From positions 2,816,001 through 2,880,000 of the forward strand of contig OZ253580.1 of NCBI GenBank assembly GCA_965263035.1: DNA of 64,000 bases. The letters run 5' to 3'. Below, one piece after another: positions 30,252-39,788 of this stretch; the first letter of the stretch is position 1, and each line of letters starts with the position of its first letter. Source of the stretch: Acidobacteriota bacterium. Its GTDB lineage: Bacteria; Acidobacteriota; UBA6911; RPQK01; JAJDTT01. The notes under the pieces are model-generated. The model saw only the letters and a list, made by a program, of their open reading frames with translations. It was not told the origin of the DNA and made no database searches. The position numbers and the translations under genes were made by a program.

Positions 30252-31954
30252 TTCTTCCTGGTTTTCTTGGGGAGGGACTTACGCTTCGGGGCCAACTCAG
30301 GCTTCCATCTCTGCATCAAAACCTGGAACATCATAGCAAAGAGGTTGCTGAACAGAAAGTAGACCACCAAGCCACTGGACAGGTTCAAGAAGAAGAACGT
30401 GAAGACTACCGGCAACAGCATCATCATGCGCTTCTGCATCGGATCTCCGGCCGCAGGCGTCATCTTCTGTTGGACCACCATGCTCACCCCCATGACGATG
30501 GGGGTGATGTAGTACGGGTCGTGCCTCGAGAGATCCTGTATCCAGGCCACAAACGGCGCGGCTCGCAATTCGATGGAGGAATCCAGCATTCGGAAAAAGG
30601 CGAAAAGAAAGGGCATCTGGATCACCAGCGGCAGACACCCGCCCAAAGGATTCACACCCTGCTCCTTGTACAAACCCATCATTTCTGAGTTCATCCGCTG
30701 GCGTCTGGGGTCGCTCCGCTTCATCCTCTTGTACCGATCCTGGATGGAGCGGATCTTGGGTTGAAGCTGGGACATTTTCTTCATGGACGCGATCTGCTTG
30801 TAGCGCAGGGGGAAAAGAGCCAGATTGATGAGGAAGGTGAGAATGATGATGGCGACGCCGTAATTCCCCACATAGGCATAGGTCAGCTTCAGGCAATAGA
30901 GCAGGGGCTTCACCAGAACGTCGAACCAGCCGTAGTCGATGATGCCGCCCAAGAATGGGTCGGCAAAAGCCAACTCCTCTTGATCCTTGGGCCCCAGAAA
31001 CAAGGTGTACCGAGCCGTGCCCCTGAATTCTGCTTCTCCCAACACCAGCGGCGTCTCTTCCGACTCGCCGCCATCCCTCCCCGGCCACAAGACCGCCGAC
31101 AGACGCGCCGCGCGGATCTCGTCGGGCGCGATCACGACGCAGGTAAAATACTTGCTGTCGACAGCTACCCAGCGAGCAGACGTCTCGATCCGGTGGGCTC
31201 CGTCGGCCAGATCGGAAGCGTCGTACTTTTCCACCGAGCCCGCCGCGTAGTAGGCAACGCCGGGACTCAAAAAATCCGTAGAGGTGCCTCCCTCCGCGTC
31301 CGCCTGCCCGATGCCCGGCCCCAGCAGGACCGAATAAGCTGCCGGTCTTCCCCCGAGCTCGACCCGTGTCCGGACGTCCAATGTATGGCCCGATTGAGGA
31401 ATGCTGATCTCTTCTTCAACCAGGAGGCCCTGGCTCCGGTAGCTGAACGCAATCTGCGCAGGCGCCTGCACCCTGCCGGCCGCCGCTCCCGCGACCTCGA
31501 ACGGTGAGGTGGAAAGCTCCAGGTCCAGATCTTCATCGTCCAGGCGCAGTTGCATGGGTCTGGGAAGTGTCTCGGAGAGGCCCTGCACCAACAGTTCCAC
31601 CGGTTCGCCGGACTCATCCGTGTACCGTTTGAGGTGCACGCTCTTCAGGCGGGCGCCGGTGCTGCTCCAGGTCAGCACCATATCGTCGTTCTCGACCTGA
31701 ATCTTGCGATCCTGCCCCTGGGTTGGGCTCAAGGCCTCGCTGCTCCCGGGCCGCTCCTGGAATATGCGCTCCTGGAATATGCGCTCCTGGGAGGGCTCGG
31801 GATCGATACTTTTTTCCTCGACCCGCTGCTCCTCAGATGTTTCCACGACCGGTGGCGCCGGGGATGGCCCAAGCCGCTGGTAAAGGAAGGGAATCAACAG
31901 CAGGACGGCCATGGAAAGAAGCATCGCCATAAGGAGGCGCTTCTCCATGTCCAT
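30248..31954 (-). CDS. yidC: Membrane protein insertase YidC
   Basis: EKRLLMA TM1, IDYGWF, NYGVAIIILT, NPLGGCLP and WIQDLS. Confidence 0.97.
   Translation of the reverse strand: MDMEKRLLMAMLLSMAVLLLIPFLYQRLGPSPAPPVVETSEEQRVEEKSIDPEPSQERIFQERIFQERPGSSEALSPTQGQDRKIQVENDDMVLTWSSTGARLKSVHLKRYTDESGEPVELLVQGLSETLPRPMQLRLDDEDLDLELSTSPFEVAGAAAGRVQAPAQIAFSYRSQGLLVEEEISIPQSGHTLDVRTRVELGGRPAAYSVLLGPGIGQADAEGGTSTDFLSPGVAYYAAGSVEKYDASDLADGAHRIETSARWVAVDSKYFTCVVIAPDEIRAARLSAVLWPGRDGGESEETPLVLGEAEFRGTARYTLFLGPKDQEELAFADPFLGGIIDYGWFDVLVKPLLYCLKLTYAYVGNYGVAIIILTFLINLALFPLRYKQIASMKKMSQLQPKIRSIQDRYKRMKRSDPRRQRMNSEMMGLYKEQGVNPLGGCLPLVIQMPFLFAFFRMLDSSIELRAAPFVAWIQDLSRHDPYYITPIVMGVSMVVQQKMTPAAGDPMQKRMMMLLPVVFTFFFLNLSSGLVVYFLFSNLFAMMFQVLMQRWKPELAPKRKSLPKKTRKK
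31752..31790. repeat. In-frame 15-bp tandem repeat (2.6 copies) in the yidC linker
   Basis: CGCTCCTGGAATATG x2 plus CGCTCCTGG; encodes QERIFQERIFQER. Confidence 0.9.
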
Positions 31955-32024
31955 CTGTTCCGGTCCGTGACCACCCAGCATCGCCTACTACAATCCACGA
32001 ATCGCGTCTCTCGCGACCAGGCCT

Positions 32025-32234
32025 CTACGGAAGAGGGTCGAACCCTCCGGCGTGCCAAGGGTGACAACATGCCACTCGCCTGAGCCCAAGCAGGATCCCC
32101 CTGAGCACTCCTTTTTTCTGAATCGCTTGGCGCATGTACTCCGAACAGGAGGGGTGAAACCGACAGCACGGGGGCACCACAGGAGAAACGAACTTCTGGT
32201 ACAAGCTCAGACCTTCGGTCAGGAACCGTCTCAC
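32025..32234 (-). CDS. yidD: Membrane protein insertion efficiency factor YidD
   Basis: CRFHPSCSEY...CHPWHAGGFDP. Confidence 0.93.
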   Translation of the reverse strand: MRRFLTEGLSLYQKFVSPVVPPCCRFHPSCSEYMRQAIQKKGVLRGILLGLRRVACCHPWHAGGFDPLP

Positions 32235-32590
32235 GACCCCTGCTTCCTTCTCTTCCAGCGCGAAACCACTCGAAGAAATTCTCCTTGAAGTTCCCGGAAC
32301 GTTGCCACCGCGGCGCAACGCCGAACGTTGACCACTAGATCGGAGCAGGGAAGGATCCCCTGCTTGTTCGTGCGGAAGCTTTCCCGCAGGCGCCGTCTGA
32401 TGCGGTTCCTCACGACCGGCCGTCCCACCTTCCGCGACGCGGCAAGCCCCAGCCGGCTGAACTGCCGCCCGTTCTCCCGGAAGTAGAGGACGAAGTAGGG
32501 CGTGAAGACCTTGTACCCTTCCCGGTAAACGGCTAGATATTCTTTCCGGGTGTGCAGGCGCTCTTCCCAGGAGAAACCGAACTGTTTCAC
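32231..32590 (-). CDS. rnpA: Ribonuclease P protein component
   Basis: [25 protein letters not shown] (RNR motif). Confidence 0.95.
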   Translation of the reverse strand: MKQFGFSWEERLHTRKEYLAVYREGYKVFTPYFVLYFRENGRQFSRLGLAASRKVGRPVVRNRIRRRLRESFRTNKQGILPCSDLVVNVRRCAAVATFRELQGEFLRVVSRWKRRKQGS

Positions 32591-32727
32591 CCGCTCACCG
32601 AAAGCATCGTCCGCTTTTTGGCTCGCCGCCGCCTCAGAATCGACCGGCCCGCCGGCGACGCCATGCGCGCCCGGAATCCATGATTCTTTTTGCGACGACG
32701 ATTGTTCGGTTGAAAGGTTCGCTTCAT
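32587..32727 (-). CDS. rpmH: 50S ribosomal protein L34
   Basis: [22 protein letters not shown]. Confidence 0.97.
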   Translation of the reverse strand: MKRTFQPNNRRRKKNHGFRARMASPAGRSILRRRRAKKRTMLSVSG

Positions 32728-32842
32728 CTCCGTCTCCGCCCGTATCGAAAGGAACCAGATGCTATCAATTCCGGGCGCCGGGTTCAACTCGCCCCGACAC
32801 CTCCCGACCCGAGCCTCTTTCCTCTCTCATCTGCGGGCACGG

Positions 32843-33712
32843 CTACATGCCCTTCTTTTCATGAGTCGCATCCCTGAGGTAACAACCCAGCACGGTCAAG
32901 AACTCCGTCAATTCACCGAGGTGGCTCAACGCATTGCGCACCCGCGCCTCACCCGTGTTCCCGAGAAAGTCGAGGTAGAACAGATACTCCCAGGGACGGC
33001 CATGGATGGGGCGGGACTCGATCTTGGTGAGGTCGATGTCCCGCAGTGCGAAGACGCTCAGACACTTGAAGAGCGCCCCTGCGGCGTTCTTGAAACTGAA
33101 GACGATGGAGGTCTTGTCCGCGGCTTCGGATACCGAGGATTCGTCCGAGAGCAGAAAGAAACGGGTGAAGTTCTCCTCTCTGTCCTCGATCCGCTCCATC
33201 AGGACTTTCGCGCCATAAAACCAGGCGGCATTCTTGCCGGCGATGGCGGCATGTTCCCGGAGGCCTCCTTCTACGATCTCCTTGACGCTTCCGGAAGTAT
33301 CGTAGCCGGTTTCCCGCACCAAATGCGGATACCGCTTGAAGAACAGCTCACACTGATCCAGCGCCACCGGATGGGAGCGGACCGTTTTCACGTCCTCGAA
33401 AGTACCTCCGGCCAGCGTGATCAGGCTGTGCTCAACGGGCAGATTCGTCTCCTGTCGAATTTTCAATCCGTGACGAACCAGAAGATCGTAGTTCCGGTGA
33501 ATCGATCCCGCCAGAGAATTCTCGATGGGAATGACGCAACAGCCACATTCTCCCTGGGCCGTACGCAAAAAGACGTCGTCAAACGTCCGGCAGCAGAGAA
33601 ACTCCACGGGTCCCGGGACCATCTGCACGGACGCCTGCTCGCTGAACGATCCGCGTTCTCCCTGAATCGCAACCCCGGTCGCCTTTTCCTCATCGTGCAG
33701 ATCCACGTCCAA
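32843..33712 (-). CDS. pheA: Prephenate dehydratase (with ACT domain)
   Basis: VAIQGERGSFS, PIENSLAG, SHPVALDQC, NFTRF and LTKIESRP. TTG start after GGAGG; the longer ORF overlaps the tRNA. Confidence 0.93.
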   Translation of the reverse strand: MDVDLHDEEKATGVAIQGERGSFSEQASVQMVPGPVEFLCCRTFDDVFLRTAQGECGCCVIPIENSLAGSIHRNYDLLVRHGLKIRQETNLPVEHSLITLAGGTFEDVKTVRSHPVALDQCELFFKRYPHLVRETGYDTSGSVKEIVEGGLREHAAIAGKNAAWFYGAKVLMERIEDREENFTRFFLLSDESSVSEAADKTSIVFSFKNAAGALFKCLSVFALRDIDLTKIESRPIHGRPWEYLFYLDFLGNTGEARVRNALSHLGELTEFLTVLGCYLRDATHEKKGM

Positions 33713-33763
33713 CCCGAACCTCCCTTTCTGCTCTCGTCCACCCTCTGCCCCGGAGCCATCCGG

Positions 33764-33859
33764 CGGAGGCACATGGGAATCGAACCCACCGGCCCCGACT
33801 CTCGCCGCGGCCCGACTGATTTTGAAGACCAGGCCCGTCACCAGACGAGAAGTGCCTCC
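33764..33859 (-). tRNA. selC: tRNA-Sec (UCA)
   Basis: 8-bp acceptor stem GGAGGCAC/GTGCCTCC, anticodon loop CTTCAAA, long variable arm and GGTTCGATTCC T-arm; CCA not encoded. Confidence 0.93.
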
Positions 33860-33969
33860 GTGCCGACATTTTAGCCCGAATTTCTCGCCGCGGGGCGCGA
33901 TGAGGAATGCGGGCCGGCGTTCGGGCTGCTCTTTTCCAGCCGGACGCCGGGTGCTACCATCACGCAAGT

Positions 33970-35136
33970 ATGGCCAAGACGCGGGAACGGCGGCGGCCGG
34001 AGTCCGTGCAATCGCTCTGCCGCACCGCCACACGCTTACGCGACCAAGCCAAGGGCCGAACCATCAGTTTTTCTCCCAAAGTCTTCATTCCCCTGACCCG
34101 CCTCTGCCGCGACCGTTGCGGCTACTGTGCCTTCCGCCAGGATCCCAGTGATGAGTTCCCATCCTACATGACCCCGGACCAGGTCCTCACCGTCGTTCGG
34201 CGGGGAGAAGAACTGGGCTGCCGCGAGGCCCTTTTCGTTTTGGGCGACCGCCCTGAGCGATGCTACCCGCGAGCGCGCCGCTGGCTGCGTCAGCACGGAT
34301 ACGACAGCACCATCGAGTATCTCTACGATATGTGTTCCCTGGTTCTGGAGGAGACCCGTCTCTTCCCCCACAGCAATCCCGGCATCCTCACTCGGCGCGA
34401 GTTGGCGGCCCTGAAACAGGTCAACGCCTCCATGGGTCTGATGCTGGAAAGCGCGAGCCGTAGACTCTCCGAACCGGGAGGGCCGCATTATCAGAATCCG
34501 ACCAAGGATCCCCAGCTTCGCCTCCGAGTGCTTCAGGACGCCGGCGAGCTGAAGATCCCTTTTACAACAGGCCTCCTCATCGGAATCGGAGAAACCTTCC
34601 AGGAACGAATCGATTCCCTTCACCGGCTCCGGCGTCTCCAGAGCCGATACGGCCACCTGCAGGAATTCATCATCCAGAACTTCGTTCCCAAGCCGGGAAC
34701 CCCCATGGAGTCAGTCCCCGGTGCGACCGGCCGGGAGATGATGGAAACCATCTCACACGCCCGTCTGATCCTGGGCGGCTCCGCCAACCTGCAGGCACCC
34801 CCCAATCTCTCGGCGCACAACCGTCGCTATCTGGATTACCTGGATGCGGGAATCAACGATTGGGGCGGCATTTCTCCACTGACCATCGACTTCGTGAATC
34901 CCGAGGCGCCCTGGCCCCGAATAGCCGACTTGGCGCGCCAGGCCGAATCGCGGGGCTTCCGGCTCAGGGCCCGCTATCCCGTCTATCCCGAATACATTCG
35001 AGGCCCTTCTCCATATCTGACCCCCTCTCTTCGCTCCCGATTGCAATCCGAGGCGGACCCGGACGGGTATTTCCCGGTCGATTCCCTCCGCACTCCGGTG
35101 CCGGTTTCAGCAGGGGAGCACACCGGTGCCAACTGA
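33970..35136 (+). CDS. cofG: FO synthase subunit CofG (radical SAM)
   Basis: VFIPLTRLCRDRCGYC, PHSNPG, SMGLMLE, FTTGLLIGIGE, QAPPNL and GINDWGGISPLT. Confidence 0.95.
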   Translation: MAKTRERRRPESVQSLCRTATRLRDQAKGRTISFSPKVFIPLTRLCRDRCGYCAFRQDPSDEFPSYMTPDQVLTVVRRGEELGCREALFVLGDRPERCYPRARRWLRQHGYDSTIEYLYDMCSLVLEETRLFPHSNPGILTRRELAALKQVNASMGLMLESASRRLSEPGGPHYQNPTKDPQLRLRVLQDAGELKIPFTTGLLIGIGETFQERIDSLHRLRRLQSRYGHLQEFIIQNFVPKPGTPMESVPGATGREMMETISHARLILGGSANLQAPPNLSAHNRRYLDYLDAGINDWGGISPLTIDFVNPEAPWPRIADLARQAESRGFRLRARYPVYPEYIRGPSPYLTPSLRSRLQSEADPDGYFPVDSLRTPVPVSAGEHTGAN

Positions 35137-36409
35137 TCTGGAGCGGGTGCTGAGCGGCGTTCGAATCGACGTCGCCCGTATCTTGGGCAACTCCCTGGAT
35201 GGGCGCGATCTCGCGGTCCCCGACATGGTCGTGATGTTAAAGTGCCAGGGACCCGAGTTTCTCGCCCTACTACAAGCCGCCGACTCCCTGAGGCGCCGTT
35301 CCGTCGGCGATCGAGTGACCTACGTGGTCAACCGAAATATCAATTTCACCAATGTCTGCGCAAAGAAATGCAGCTTTTGCGCCTTTAGCCGAACCTACCG
35401 CAGCGACGAAGGCTATTTGCTGCCCGTGTCTGAAATCGTCCGCCGGGCCCGGGAGGCTTGGCAATTCGGCGCAACGGAGGTCTGCATTCAGGCTGGCCTG
35501 CCACCGGCCATGCCGGGAGACCTCTACATTCGAATCTGCCAAGCCGTGACCGACGCCCTGCCGGGGCTGCACGTCCACGCCTTTTCGCCGGAGGAGATCT
35601 CTTACGGGTGCCAGTGTTCCGGGATGCAGGTTCGAGATTACCTGGCAGAACTCCTCGACGCGGGGATCGGCAGCCTGCCCGGCACATCGGCCGAAATCCT
35701 GGACGACGATCTGCGCAACCTCATCTCGCCCGGACGTATCAGCAGCGGGGAATGGACCCGAATCATCTCGACGGCCCACTCCCTCGGCATCCGGACCTCC
35801 TCCACCATGATGTTCGGTCACCTCGAGACCCCGGTGCACGTCGCCCGGCACCTGGCACACCTGAGAACCATCCAACGCCGGACCGGCGGCTTCACCGAGT
35901 TCGTTCCCTTGGGCTTCGTCCACACGGAGGCGCCCCTGTACCAGAGCAAACGGCTGCCGAATCTCCGGCCCGGGCCCACGGGTTGGGAGGTTCTGAAGGT
36001 CCACGCCGTCTCCCGGCTGGCCCTCGACAAGGATATCCCCAACCTTCAGGTCTCCTGGGTCAAGGAAGGGATGAAACTGGCTCAACTCTGCCTGGCAGCC
36101 GGTGGAAACGACCTGGGGGGCACGCTGATCAACGAGAGTATTTCCACCACCGCCGGGGCCGGCCACGGCCAACTGGTGACCCCGGAAGAGTTGCATCGCC
36201 TGATTCGCGATGCGGGCAGAGTTCCGGCGGAACGGAACACACTCTACGGGACCCTGCGCACCTTCTCCGGCAGCGACGAAGACGGGGCTCACCCTCTGGA
36301 CTCCTTGCGCCCTGACGACCGGGACCGCTTCGGCTCCTACGCCCAGTTGACCCGGTCGCGGAGGTTTCGCTTCAACCCCGGTGCACCCCGGAGACATTCC
36401 TCGGATTGA
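35126..36409 (+). CDS. cofH: FO synthase subunit CofH (radical SAM)
   Basis: VTYVVNRNINFTNVCAKKCSFC, PGTSAEILDD, QVSWVKEG and NDLGGTLINESIS; overlaps cofG. Confidence 0.93.
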   Translation: MPTDLERVLSGVRIDVARILGNSLDGRDLAVPDMVVMLKCQGPEFLALLQAADSLRRRSVGDRVTYVVNRNINFTNVCAKKCSFCAFSRTYRSDEGYLLPVSEIVRRAREAWQFGATEVCIQAGLPPAMPGDLYIRICQAVTDALPGLHVHAFSPEEISYGCQCSGMQVRDYLAELLDAGIGSLPGTSAEILDDDLRNLISPGRISSGEWTRIISTAHSLGIRTSSTMMFGHLETPVHVARHLAHLRTIQRRTGGFTEFVPLGFVHTEAPLYQSKRLPNLRPGPTGWEVLKVHAVSRLALDKDIPNLQVSWVKEGMKLAQLCLAAGGNDLGGTLINESISTTAGAGHGQLVTPEELHRLIRDAGRVPAERNTLYGTLRTFSGSDEDGAHPLDSLRPDDRDRFGSYAQLTRSRRFRFNPGAPRRHSSD

Positions 36410-36446
36410 CTGCCAAGCCGATGTGCCGAATGTAGACTGCCCGGGG

Positions 36447-37202
36447 TTAGCGAAACAGGTCCCGCTCCGGAAGCCGCACCAGATTTGACCCGGCGCCTGG
36501 GCCTGCTTCCAGCCGCGCACCCTGGACCAAGGCCGCCGGCACCCGTCGCCGCTTTCCCATCACCAGCTCCGCCGCGGCGGCGATTTCGTCGGCACGGGCG
36601 ATGCAGGTGGCCTGAAGCGTTCGGCCGAACCCGTCCTTTCTTCCCCGATAGTCCGACAGCGGCATTCCTCCCGCCACGCCAATGGCCACGTTTACCTGTC
36701 CGTCGCGCCAGGGGCGGCCGAAGGTATCGGCGATGATCACCGCCAGGTCCACCCCCAATGCCTCTATCAGACACGTCCTGATGGCGGCTGCGGACCGGTC
36801 CGGGTCCTCCGGAAGCAAGGTGGCCATCCCTTCCGGACTGTTGGAGAGATCGACACCGGCATTGGCGCAAACGAACCCGTGCCTGGTTTCAGCCAGCAGC
36901 ACGCCCCGATCCATCCTCACGATCCTCCGACTCTCGGACAGGGCCAATTCGACCACCCTGGGATCCCGGCCCCATTCACGCGCCCAGGAGTTGGCCAACG
37001 GCGACGGGGTGACCGTCGCCAGAGGAACAGTCCGCCCCTCCGCCTTGGAAACGATCTTGTGAGCCAGCACCAGAATATCCCCTCGGCGGACCTGGAAAGG
37101 GATCCTCCTCAGCGCCTCCACCAGCAACGGGCCCAGAGCGTCCCCCGCCTTCACTTCAGGGAGTCCCGGGATGCCCAGGATGCGCACGCCGATGTCACTC
37201 AT
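36447..37202 (-). CDS. cofE: Coenzyme F420-0:L-glutamate ligase (single domain)
   Basis: GLPEVKAGD, KIVSKAEGR, ANAGVDLSN, LLPEDPD and DTFGRPWRDG. Confidence 0.95.
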   Translation of the reverse strand: MSDIGVRILGIPGLPEVKAGDALGPLLVEALRRIPFQVRRGDILVLAHKIVSKAEGRTVPLATVTPSPLANSWAREWGRDPRVVELALSESRRIVRMDRGVLLAETRHGFVCANAGVDLSNSPEGMATLLPEDPDRSAAAIRTCLIEALGVDLAVIIADTFGRPWRDGQVNVAIGVAGGMPLSDYRGRKDGFGRTLQATCIARADEIAAAAELVMGKRRRVPAALVQGARLEAGPGAGSNLVRLPERDLFR

Positions 37203-37869
37203 AAGGATTCCACACCTTCTCAGCCAGACGGGCGACGAGGCCACTCTCGGCGAGGTAGTTCCTGGTCGCTGCCCCTCCCTCCCTCTGCCAGAACCGCACC
37301 AGATCTTCGGGTCCGTCCAGATCCAGACCGAACCGCGGGTTCGACAGCACGGTGGCAGGCACCCGTGCGCGGCGCGCCTCGGCCAGATGCCGGCGCAGGC
37401 TGTCCCGGCCGAAACGGGACGGAAAGGCATCCGGCGGCATTCTCAACAGGGCATTGGTGCCCCGGCCGTCTCGCGAGGGCACCAGAAGAGCCCCCGGGGA
37501 AGCCAGCGGGCGGCCCAGCAGAGCGTCCACATCCCGTCCCTGGATGAGCGGGACGTCCAACGGCACCCGGAGAACACACGTTGCTCCCTGTTGGTGAAGC
37601 GCGACTGCGCTCTCGTCCACGGAGCGGCTCTCGGAGGATTGGCACCGCTCCCGAATGAATCCCCACTGCCGCCGTGCGGCGTAGGCCGCAAGCTCCGGGT
37701 CTCGGCCGGCCACGACCACCTTGTCCGGCGTTCCCGCGCAAGCCAGCGCCCTGCCCACATCCTCCAACATGGCCCAGACCAGCCCAATCCTTTCCCGGCG
37801 GGACAGCCACGGAGCCATTCGCCGCTTGGCCTGGACGATCTCCTTGACTGGTATCAGAACGACTTTCAC
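37195..37869 (-). CDS. cofC: 2-phospho-L-lactate/PEP guanylyltransferase
   Basis: LIPVK...AKRRM, AMLEDV, DVPL, GTNALL, FGRDS and DLDGPEDL. Confidence 0.92.
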   Translation of the reverse strand: MKVVLIPVKEIVQAKRRMAPWLSRRERIGLVWAMLEDVGRALACAGTPDKVVVAGRDPELAAYAARRQWGFIRERCQSSESRSVDESAVALHQQGATCVLRVPLDVPLIQGRDVDALLGRPLASPGALLVPSRDGRGTNALLRMPPDAFPSRFGRDSLRRHLAEARRARVPATVLSNPRFGLDLDGPEDLVRFWQREGGAATRNYLAESGLVARLAEKVWNPYE

Positions 37870-38846
37870 GCCAACCGCAGCAGGGCGCGAGCCAACGCCC
37901 GTTTCGCGCCGGAGGTGTCCATGACCGTATTCCGGACCACGACCCGGATGCCCAGGCGCTCGATGGACGCCGCGCTGCCCGCATCGCGCTCATCCAATAC
38001 GAAAACGTCCAGAAGACCCTGATAAATCCGGGCAACTCCCTCGGCCGAGACCGGATGGCCCAGCTCCCTGAGCATTTTTGCCGCCGGCCCTTTGAGGGCG
38101 CGCCCGCCCACGATCGGACTCACCGCCACCACCAGACCCCGGCTCTTCACCACGGCCCTCCTGACCCCGGGGACCGCCAGAATGGGCCCCACGCTGATAA
38201 AGGGGTTGCTGGGACAGATGACGATGATCCGGGCATTTCGAATGACCTTCTCCACACCCGGGGCGGCACGCTGACAACTTAGCCCAGTGTATTCGAAGCC
38301 GCGAACCCGGGGCGCGCACTTCTCCCTGACCAGATACTCCTGAAGATGAAGGCGGCCGACATCGGTCTCCACCAGCGTCGGCGTGTAGCCTTCAGCCATG
38401 GGCAGAACCGAGACCTCCACACCCAGGGCTTCGCAGATGTGCGCGGTCACGACGGCGAGGCCCCACCCCCGGTTCAACAAGGATGTCCGCCAGAGATGAG
38501 TCGCCAGATCCTGGTCCCCCAAGCCGAACCAAGTGTTCGCGCCGAAGCGCCCGAGGGCTTCCAGACACCGGAAGGTGTCACCTTCGAGGCCCCACCCCCA
38601 CGTCCGGTTGGACAAACCTGCCAGCGTATAGGTGATGGTGTCGAGATCCGGGCAGACCCGGAGCCCGAAAATCTCCAGATCATCCCCGGTGTTGACGACG
38701 ACGGAAAGGCGCCTCCCGAGCCCCTCCTGCGCCATGCCCCAGACCAGTTTCGCGGCGCCGACGCCTCCGGCCAATGCCACGACGCGGACATCACCCTCTG
38801 GGGACGGTCCATCACCGAATTCGGCGCGACGAGGGGCTGTCGCCAC
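37866..38846 (-). CDS. cofD: LPPG/EPPG:FO phosphotransferase
   Basis: LAGGVGAAK, NTGDD, CPDLDTITYTLAG, LGDQDLATH, PSNPFISV and KGPAAKM. Confidence 0.95.
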   Translation of the reverse strand: MATAPRRAEFGDGPSPEGDVRVVALAGGVGAAKLVWGMAQEGLGRRLSVVVNTGDDLEIFGLRVCPDLDTITYTLAGLSNRTWGWGLEGDTFRCLEALGRFGANTWFGLGDQDLATHLWRTSLLNRGWGLAVVTAHICEALGVEVSVLPMAEGYTPTLVETDVGRLHLQEYLVREKCAPRVRGFEYTGLSCQRAAPGVEKVIRNARIIVICPSNPFISVGPILAVPGVRRAVVKSRGLVVAVSPIVGGRALKGPAAKMLRELGHPVSAEGVARIYQGLLDVFVLDERDAGSAASIERLGIRVVVRNTVMDTSGAKRALARALLRLA

Positions 38847-38852
38847 GGATCG

Positions 38853-39512
38853 TCAAAGCCCCACGACACGGAAACGCGACCCGTGAACCCGGTATCGGCG
38901 ATTGACGCTGATCAGAAGGGCACTCATTCGCTCCAGCGTGCGGGCCGCACTGAGCGGACCCGCATCCACCGTTCGGACTCCCGGCCATCGGCTCAGCAAT
39001 TGCGCCACCTCCCGCTTCCGGCGCGGCGATTCCCCACACACGAAGACATCGCAGTCGAGCGGAGCCGCCACCTCTCCCAGAAGGCGCGCCGGCACCGTCT
39101 TCAGGGCTGCCACCAAGGCACCCGGATCAGGGAGGCCCGCAGCCAACTGCTCGCTGCCGGAGCCGGCCTCCAAGGGGGCCATCTTGACCCGGCCAGCGTG
39201 GAACACCACCGGAACCGTGACATCCACCCAAGTCGTCCCCTTCGCCGCGTGCGGCGCACAAGTGGACACCAACTCGGCGGCCCCGGTGAAGGGCGCCGCC
39301 AGAAAAAGGGTCCCGGACTGCGTTGCCACGTCTGCGTTCAGGCCGCCTCGGATCCGGGATTCGCCGCCCAGGAGCCGATTCAGTTCCGACGCCGTCCTGG
39401 TCGCTCGGGTCCGGCTTCGGGATCCTACAAGCACATCGAACCCCGCTTTGGCCAGACGCAGGGCGATGCCCCGGCCCTCCTGCCCGGTGCCGCCGAGCAC
39501 ACCCAGCTTCAC
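38853..39512 (-). CDS. npdG: NADPH-dependent F420 reductase (F420H2:NADP+ oxidoreductase)
   Basis: LGGTGQEGRGIALRLA...VGSR, GSGSEQ and DAGPLSAARTLE...LLISVNRRY; first gene of the cofD-C-E operon. Confidence 0.88.
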   Translation of the reverse strand: MKLGVLGGTGQEGRGIALRLAKAGFDVLVGSRSRTRATRTASELNRLLGGESRIRGGLNADVATQSGTLFLAAPFTGAAELVSTCAPHAAKGTTWVDVTVPVVFHAGRVKMAPLEAGSGSEQLAAGLPDPGALVAALKTVPARLLGEVAAPLDCDVFVCGESPRRKREVAQLLSRWPGVRTVDAGPLSAARTLERMSALLISVNRRYRVHGSRFRVVGL

Positions 39513-39788
39513 AATCCGCCCTCTTTCTTCACCTGTCCCCCGGGACCCCAACCCGAGATCTACGCTTCCCGGAAGCCGCATTACAACAAAGCGGGATGGC
39601 CCCCACAAGTCTCACATTCAGCGGCTTTTGTCCGCTCGGTGCCACTGGCTTCACGGGCGCGCAAGGCTTGCGAGGGAGAGAGCGTCCGCGTAATCTCTCC
39701 ACTGCATTGATGAGTTGATGGAGGGGCCGCCAGCAGCATTTTCGCGGCGGTGTAACGGCTTGGGCCCGGATGTTCCGGGTGGCTGTCA

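Noticed and set aside
33713-34033. Long N-terminal extension of PheA
   Set aside because: It runs through tRNA-Sec; a GGAGG-preceded TTG at 33712 gives a normal-length protein.
35126-36409. MqnC/MqnE (futalosine pathway) assignment
   Set aside because: The overlap with cofG, the NRNINFTN and SWVK motifs and the adjacent cofCDE genes favour CofH.
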